Shown: positions 56,484 to 64,000 of the stretch, one piece after another
Position numbering within the stretch: position 1 is the stretch's first letter
Layout: every line of letters begins with the position of its first letter
Assembly (NCBI RefSeq): GCF_009914755.1
Contig: NC_060933.1
Direction: 5' to 3' (one strand)
Source: the human T2T-CHM13v2.0 reference genome, Homo sapiens
DNA: 64,000 bases
Notes under the pieces: model-generated
What the model was told of the DNA's origin: nothing
Seen by the model: the letters and a program-made list of their open reading frames with translations, nothing else
The model's database searches: none
Program-made: the position numbers and the translations under genes

Positions 56484-56562
56484 TTAAGTTGCTGCAAAAG
56501 TAATTGTGGTTTTTGCTATTGCTTTCAATGGCAAAAATCACAATTATATTTGCAGCAAGTAA
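56484..56562. mobile_element. Full-length MADE1 palindromic MITE (miR-548-family-like hairpin)
   Basis: TTAAGTTGCTGCAAAAGTAATTGTGGTTTTTGCTATTG-CTTT-CAATGGCAAAAATCACAATTATATTTGCAGCAAGTAA with TA flanks. Confidence 0.9.
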
Positions 56563-57972
56563 TAAAATGTGTTACAATGTTGATAATAAAATTGACCTGT
56601 TCCAGACACATACCTACAATAAGAATGTGGAATTTCAGATCGACATTGTCCTGAAGCACGTATTTTATCTCCTTCCTCTTTTAAAATACGAACACATTTA
56701 ATAACTAATAAGAATATGATGAGGGTGGTTAGTTATGCCTTGCTCTGTAGTAAGCTCTGAGGACTTATTCAAGTGAATCCCCTCCCCACGACATGCAAGG
56801 AAGTCATTTGACAAGAGCAATTTCAATACACAATAAAACATTCCTTCTATCACTTAGTAACTGTAGCAAGAAAAAAAAAGTAGTAACCAACTGCAATTGT
56901 AGTTAATACAATGAGAAAAATTAAAACAGACACATTTATTAGGGGTAACTAGAGTTTCACATACAGATATTGCCCACTAAATACAGATAAAAGATATACT
57001 TTGATGATTGACTTATTACCTAAATTATTTATTAAATTTCAGTCTTCATCCTTCATTAATAATAAATAAATAAATAAACAAATAAAAATAACATTTCTAA
57101 ATTTTTCCACATTCCACCCAGCTGTGTTAAGGTCCATAATGTTCAGGGTATTCGTATAACGCTTTTAATCCAAATTCTGCAAACAAAAATGGCTTGACAT
57201 TTATATTGTAATATGAGAAAAGAATGTAGTAGCTATGTTGGTCTGTCCCCAGAGACAGTTGCAATCTTTTCTAATCTAGAATATGATTTATTTCCTTGAA
57301 GCAGCTGTATTTTTTAATCTCCACCCATTATTCTTTGGGTTATTTCTACATGTCATTTTTGGTTGGGTTTGATTTTGTACAAAACTATAGTGTAGTCAAA
57401 GTATTATACGTAGCTAAGCTTATGCATACCTGTAAATTATATTTAAATAGTTTATGCAAAACAGAGGATATTTCATGTTGAGCAGATACAAAAGGTATAA
57501 TAGTTATACAGATGTGGGTGGAAAACAGACAGCTTATGATAAATAATATTCCATTATTATAGAAATTTACTACAGAAAATGTGTTTACTATAAACTTCTA
57601 TACTATATAAGCCTCAAAAACATAATAATAACAGCTATTATTGCTATAAGAAGTGTCAAAACTTCTCTTTTCGGGTGTGAAAAGATATTCTGAGAATTTA
57701 AAAAACTAATATTTTTCTTGCTAGTATTTTTATAATAAGGAATAAGTTTCTGGATGTGTTTTTAAAGGATATAAACAAGTAGTCTGTCTCAACATTGCCA
57801 TGCACAATTACAAAAACGAAAACCATTCATGTAGGAAAAATATAATTAAAAATAACTAAATGTCTTACTCTGGTAATTAAAAGGAGTAAACATTGGAAAC
57901 AGAAAAGCATGTGACCTCTTCCCCTAAAAATGTGACATTGTACACCGAACCATTACAGTTATAAGGATGAGA

Positions 57973-57989
57973 TTGTTGCTAAGCAACAA
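57973..57989. promoter_or_regulatory. Palindromic RFX X-box-like motif
   Basis: TTGTTGCT-A-AGCAACAA perfect 8-bp arms; the core GTTGCTAAGCAAC resembles the RFX consensus GTTGC..RGCAAC. Confidence 0.45.
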
Positions 57990-59829
57990 GTCTCCTATAA
58001 TCTTGTGAGGCTTTTGTATCTGAGGAAAATTGAGGCAAAGGAAAATTTGGAAAGCTAATGAGGAAGAAATGGCTTCAGTACAAATCGATCAATAGTGCAC
58101 CTGACCAGAAAATCAACTATTAATGGGACTAGAGGAAAAAAAGCTACTCAGAGTTACTTGGGAGCAAATTTATTATCACCAGGTGTGTTTAATTGTCTAT
58201 ACACTAATTCCCTGTTATCATTTTGTCTTTTTGTGTGTGCAGCAATATTTTCTTATGTGGAAGTTCAATAATATGTAGCAACATTTGTACTCAGTGGGCT
58301 TAACAATAACCCCAAACAATGTTTTGATCATTTCATGTGCTATACCATTTAAGAATTCAGTAAGCTATAATTGGCCTACTGTCATGCTACGGTTTTATAA
58401 GTGGCAATAAAGCATGGTTTGAATTGACCTCTACTGCCTACAAAAATGTAGTCATGTCACTGACATTACAGTAAATCAAAGTTGGAGACTGTTTCTCATA
58501 TAAGGAGTTCAGAGTCTGGCGTCAGGATAGGGATAGCGATCAATAACAGAAAGTTATAGGCAAATTCTATGGTGAACTTTAGTTATCTGTGATGAATAAA
58601 AGCGGTACAGCCAAATCTGAGTGTTCAAGTGTTTAAGCAGCTGCAGGCAGACACTCTAGACAAGTACAAGCATTTGTACTTGCTAAGGTTTTTCTGTGTC
58701 CCAAGTTGGTGAGCCGACATGGATCACATATCATTCCCTAGGACTCTTTTTACCTAGAGTAGAAGATAGCACAGTGGTGGTCTTAAGCAAATAGGAGTTC
58801 TGCAGGGAATATATAAGCATGAATCGATGATTTTCAAAAACGTAATAAATCAGCCTTTTTTCCTAAGGCAGCCCAAGTGGAAGCTTAGTTTAGGCTTCTT
58901 GGCTATTAATAAAAAAGTATAGCCTCTGAAGGCTGCAGAATTGGAAATATATGGACTACATAAAAATAGCTTAGAACCTGGATGGTAATATATCTTAGGG
59001 GTTAAACATAGGAGACAATTGACTGAGATGCTATCTAGGAGAATAAAGAACCAAAATGAGATCGCAAAGGAAAAACTGAGGAGGCTTTTTCTCTTCTAAC
59101 TTCATGAATGCTTGACTCAAACTCTGAGGAGTAGAAGCTCTGTCTCAAAATAAGAGCTGATAGAGACTATCACATAAAACGTAGGTAACATCTGGACTTC
59201 CCCCAAAACTAGAAAACTACAATGCTACTGTACATATAACACTAGAGCTGTTTTTATTTATTTTTTTCATCTAAATATAATGTTCAATCCTTACAATGTA
59301 AGATAAAGGCATCCTTACTGATACACAGAGACCTATTTCACTAAATAGCTTTTTACTGATAGGTTTCATTTATCATTTTCTTTTGCTCTACATATCACTT
59401 GCTTGAAATAAAATAATCTACATATATTAAAAACAGTAAAATAGCATTAGTGTTTAATGTTCAATTAAAACACAGAGCTATTTATTCATTCCTTTCTGTT
59501 TGTAAGTATCTGTAAGGCTTATTTGAACACTCATCTCACAAGAGGCTAATGAGTTTCAAAATACTCTTACATTGGCAATCCATTGCCTCTAGCCTGCAGC
59601 TGAATGTGCAGGCTGCCATTGAAGGGACCCACAATTAATACGTACAGCACCCTTTATGGAGACACAATTAAATCTATCCACAGTAAAGAAAAATCCCTGC
59701 CACCCACCGAACACCCTTCTTCCACAACTATCTCATTCCAAAGATGTTTGATTACAACTGCATAAATAATTTTGAATGTTTTACGTATTAGAAAATGAGC
59801 ACAAATTTTTTCACAACTTGGAAAAGAAC

Positions 59830-59975
59830 CAGGCCTGATTTCCACTGATGGTTCTGCCAGTAGCTACTTTGATTTTCTGCAAGTCACTCTTGAGGGCTTT
59901 GTTGTCTCCTTCATAAAGTGCAGAGCTTGGGTTAAATGATTATTTTAAAGTCCCTTCAAATTCAAATGTTCTGTT
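59830..59975 (+). mobile_element. MIR fragment
   Basis: GCAAGTCACT..CTCCTTCATAAAGTG..AATGATTATTTTAAAGTCCCTTC. Confidence 0.5.
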
Positions 59976-61109
59976 ACCTTTTTAAATCTAGACCAATAAA
60001 ACATAGCCTTCTCTTATGTTTAGTTTATGCCCTTCCTAATGCTATGGAAAAGCAATGTATCTTCTAAAAAGGAAAAATGAAACACTCTATTTCCATATCT
60101 GGAGAAAAAATAACCTTACAATTTTTTAAAGGCAAGTTAATTTGCATGAAGTATTTAGATCTAAGGAACATATTTTATCATAAATATTCACTCCTAAAAT
60201 ATGTTTTAGAATTTCTGCAATTGGAGATGTAGCAGAGGTCAATACAACTTTTCATATTAAATTTATCTATAATATGCAAAGTCTGATATTTTTAAAAACA
60301 TAACCACAAGTAGTTTAACTTACCTAATCACAAATTTTTATAAGTAAATTTATTGTTCTATTACTCATTTTATTTTTAAGTATCCGACAATTATCATTTT
60401 GATATGCTCAGTGCAAACTAATTTCAAAATTAACAAATTGCTCGTATATATACGTGTGAGCTCATTCCTTAGAAAGCGATTTTATCTTGAAAAATATACT
60501 ACTAAATAATTATTAGCCAAACTTTTTCATAACCTGAGATCACATATGGTATCAAAATATTTAGGCAGACTACTCTTATGATAATAATTATCAGTAATGA
60601 TTCCAGAGTTCTGCAAAGCGAATACAAGTTCCTAAACTAAATACAGGGTTACATTTTCCTAAATTGAATTATTTATCTTTTGCTTTCCTGAAACTGTATC
60701 CTAGAGAGAATATAGAATTATTTATCTTTAGTAATAAAATCATGCAAATATCCCAGGCTGGTGTGTAGTTTCTTTTTTATTCAGTTATAGAAGCAGCATG
60801 TAGTTTTATAAATATAGAAGTCCACAGTGACTAGAAACTTAATTATTCTACATTATCCAAGTTATTCTGATAAATATCCCTTGTGTTCTTGAATCCTGGC
60901 TCACATTTGCCTCCAATTACATGAAATAAGTTATCATTACTTGTTATTACATAGAAATTTCGCTCTTGTAACCAACATAAATTATTGCATAGCATGCACA
61001 TAGTTATATAACTATTTATTAAACTTGTATTAGACTAGCTTTATATTTTTATATCAATCAAATTATTCCCATAGCAAATCTATATTATAGGTATTTCTGA
61101 TATCATCAT

Positions 61110-61235
61110 ACAGATGAAGATATTGAAGTATAGGGAAGTTAAATAACATCCCCAAGGTCATGCCACAACTTACAGGAATTCGACAGCAGCCAATGTGAAA
61201 GTTGCTTTTTTTGATGGGTAACAAGGTACTCAGCC
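61110..61235 (-). mobile_element. MIR core fragment
   Basis: ACAGATGAAGATATTGAAG..GAAGTTAAATAACATCCCCAAGGTCATG. Confidence 0.6.
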
Positions 61236-62149
61236 TCCCTAGTTTATAAAAAATATAATTTTTCTTTTCCAATTCAAATATCATCTGCTTAAATCCTACT
61301 ACATAGGAAATTTAGTCTCTGTGTATTTGGGCTTCCTGGATGCTTCCTTCTGTGCAGTTGTGTGTGTGATTTGTGTATATGTATGTGTGTATACGTAGCT
61401 GTTTGTATATATACACATGGATGTATGTATTTGTAGATAAATTGGGAACTGGTGTTCTGCTCTGTAGTTGGTATTTGTCACTAGAAAGTAGACTTTGTTC
61501 ATGCTCACAGGCGCATTTGGAAGGCAGAGACCTCAAAGCTTCTTGCTTGTGTTTGTGCCTGGTTGTCATCTACAAAGAAACTCAAGGCCCATAATTCTTA
61601 GTGTTTATTACTTACCTCTCCCCAGCTTTCAAGTAGTGGAGAAAATACCTTTTTAGTACACTGTGTGTTAATTAATTTAGAAACGTTATTTTTTAATAGA
61701 ATATCTCTATTTTTCTTCAACCCAATCCTGTTACATCTCTGTCTTCAACTCCATGTCAGGATCACCATCCTGATTAGGAGAGTACATTATTGTAGTTATT
61801 TCCTTTTCATTCTCACCAATGAAGTCAGGTTTTGTATACAATTTTAAAAAGCAAAATTTTAAATACTAATTTAATACTTCTCATCTAAGAAACTTTCCCA
61901 GAATTAATATAGTCAGTGAACTTATAGCAGTCTAGATTTATTTCAGAAAAACAAACATACACAGAAACATATTAAGCCATTGTCACCTACCCCAACAGTG
62001 GTTGATAAGACTTTGTATGAAAGATTGAATTGTCTATCAGAGTCACATAGAAGTCAAGAAATCTAGTTTGTGATTCAACTCTCCCTCTCTGAGTGTCCTT
62101 TACAAAAAATGGTCCTTAGTTTTTAAATTTCAAAATTAAGATAAAACAG

Positions 62150-62365
62150 ATAATAATGGTATGTATTGAGTGCTTGCAGTGTTCCAAATACTGCATGAGA
62201 CCTTTAAAAACCATATTATGATTGATGAGAAAAATTGAGGCTTAGAAATACTAAGAGGTTTAATTAATTCAAGGCCCCACATATGGTAAACAAAAGTATT
62301 GAGAATGAAACCTAGATTTTCTGGAATCCACCATTCAAGGTCTAAACCCATGTGTTATTCACTTT
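62150..62365 (-). mobile_element. MIR fragment
   Basis: TATTGAGTGCTT..GATGAGAAAAATTGAGGCTTAGA..CAAGGCCCCACA..AAACCTAGA. Confidence 0.6.
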
Positions 62366-64000
62366 TCAGAGCCAACGCAGAGATACAATGAGATCTTGAA
62401 TGCTCTAATGCATGGCAGACTTTATAGAACTTTATAGAGCAAAGCATTGTTTTCTGAGTTGTGTCTCCTCAAGCATATTATAACTATGTTAATTATATGA
62501 TTAATTATTTTTGTTAGGTTGCTTTTGTCAGTTCTTCTAACTTAATAGATATACGGTGATACGTTCACATCTACTTGGATATAATGATATAATTAAGCTT
62601 TATGCTTAATGAGATTGCCATTTGAAAGACAGCAAACAAAAATGTGTAATGGTAAAACTGTTAGCTTTTATACAATTGAATTAGTATTTAAATTTGTTAT
62701 TTGCTAAATCAAATTAAGACAACTAATACCATTGAGGAGGTTACTACACATCCTCTTTCTAGCACATGTATTTTCATAATTATGAGGAAAAATATTTATA
62801 TAGCGAGGCACAACTTAGATTTGTTAGCAAAAGCATCAACAGTACAATACTACTTTATGGTCTGAAATGTTATGCTTTCCTATAATATAAAATTATTACA
62901 TCTAAATCATCTACTAATTTTGGAAAGTTTCTAGAAATATGATTTATTTTAAAATTATTTGTGTCAAATTCTCTTTCCTCTCCCTTTAAATCATCTTATT
63001 TGCAGATTATTCTATGTGGTCTGTATCATGATGATTCTCCCCCTAGCAGGGACATTTCAGCATGCAGTGTAACCAATAAAATTTTATTTATTTTTAAGTG
63101 AGTGTGGGTAAGAGGTTATTGTTACTCAAGAGTGCCCTAAAGATTGCTCTTTACTCTTTGTACACCAAGAGTATCCCCCTGGTGCATTTTCTGGTTCTTT
63201 CCCATTTATAATCAACCTTACATTTCAGAGCAGACTTGTCTCAGGTGATTCTATTGATGAGTTTCAACTTTCTGCTAGTGGACGTATCCAATATTCCCTT
63301 ATTTTCTTTATTTTTCCTCTTCTTCCCCCCATGTACTCCTCAAATAAATCTCAGATTCCATCCATTATCCAGAATTAAGTTACATTTTCTATTTTTTGTA
63401 ATCACATAATCATTCATAGCAAAGTTTCCTGGTTACTGGAGAAAATGGAGAAGTTTCACATGCTAATTCCTTATTGTATAATGGTGGACGTTTGTTTTCT
63501 TAAATGAAGACAGACAATACAAATAATTTAGTTTCATTTAATTTATCAGTCACTTAACTACATAATAAAGCATTATCTCTGCCCTTAGCCTTATTTAGTA
63601 TTTTCTGTCCATATTTGGAACTTATTTGTAGATACACTGAATACAAAATTTTGTTCTGCTGATGTAAAGCAAAATTCCGTTGCATATCTGTATTATTATT
63701 TTTAAGTCAAGCTTTCAGAATGCAAATTTTAACACTAAAGCAAAATAATGATTAAATTTTTGCAGTCATTTGCATTTTTATAGTAACTACAAGTTTCATA
63801 CTTTTTCTCAAAGGCCTTTTCCCCCCCAGCAAACAGGTTGAAAGCCAAAGATTTACTTTTTTAACGGAATTTTGGGCTTGACTTAGATTAGTGAGAAAGA
63901 AAACAAACAGAACTGCTTTGATGATATATTGCTGTAATGCATCATCAGAGTACTGCTCATGTGGTAAACTGCAATATTAGTATAATACATCATCAAGAGT

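Noticed and set aside
60130-63780. Several octamer motifs (ATGCAAAT/ATTTGCAT); AP-1 TGAGTCA sites also occur elsewhere in the window
   Set aside because: Plausibly chance in 64 kb of AT-rich DNA; no independent support.

Overview
AT-rich, CpG-poor primate (human-like) genomic DNA with no recognisable protein-coding exon, CpG island or structural RNA gene; it looks like a gene desert or deep intron. All longer ORFs in the track are read-throughs of Alu, L1 or LTR sequence. Much of the window is interspersed repeat: 10 Alus, a ~5.9-kb L1PA/PB-type element, a twin-primed 5'-inverted L1PA, older L1M/L2/MIR remnants, solo LTRs (LTR22, MER50, MLT2A, MLT2C/D, MST, several MLT1) and DNA transposons (Tigger2, Tigger3, MER82, MER20, MER5, MADE1). 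I found no evidence of a new gene system. The most interesting signals are local rearrangement scars: (i) a ~130-160-bp inverted duplication carrying a GATA microsatellite around a 1.25-kb spacer, (ii) a 35-bp inverted templated insertion replacing part of an MST LTR, (iii) an Alu with a 91-bp internal tandem duplication, (iv) a perfect AT-rich palindrome with 23-bp arms, and (v) a MADE1/miR-548-like hairpin with a compensatory change. Repeat subfamily names come from my recall of consensus sequences and need RepeatMasker/Dfam confirmation; boundaries of old repeats are approximate.
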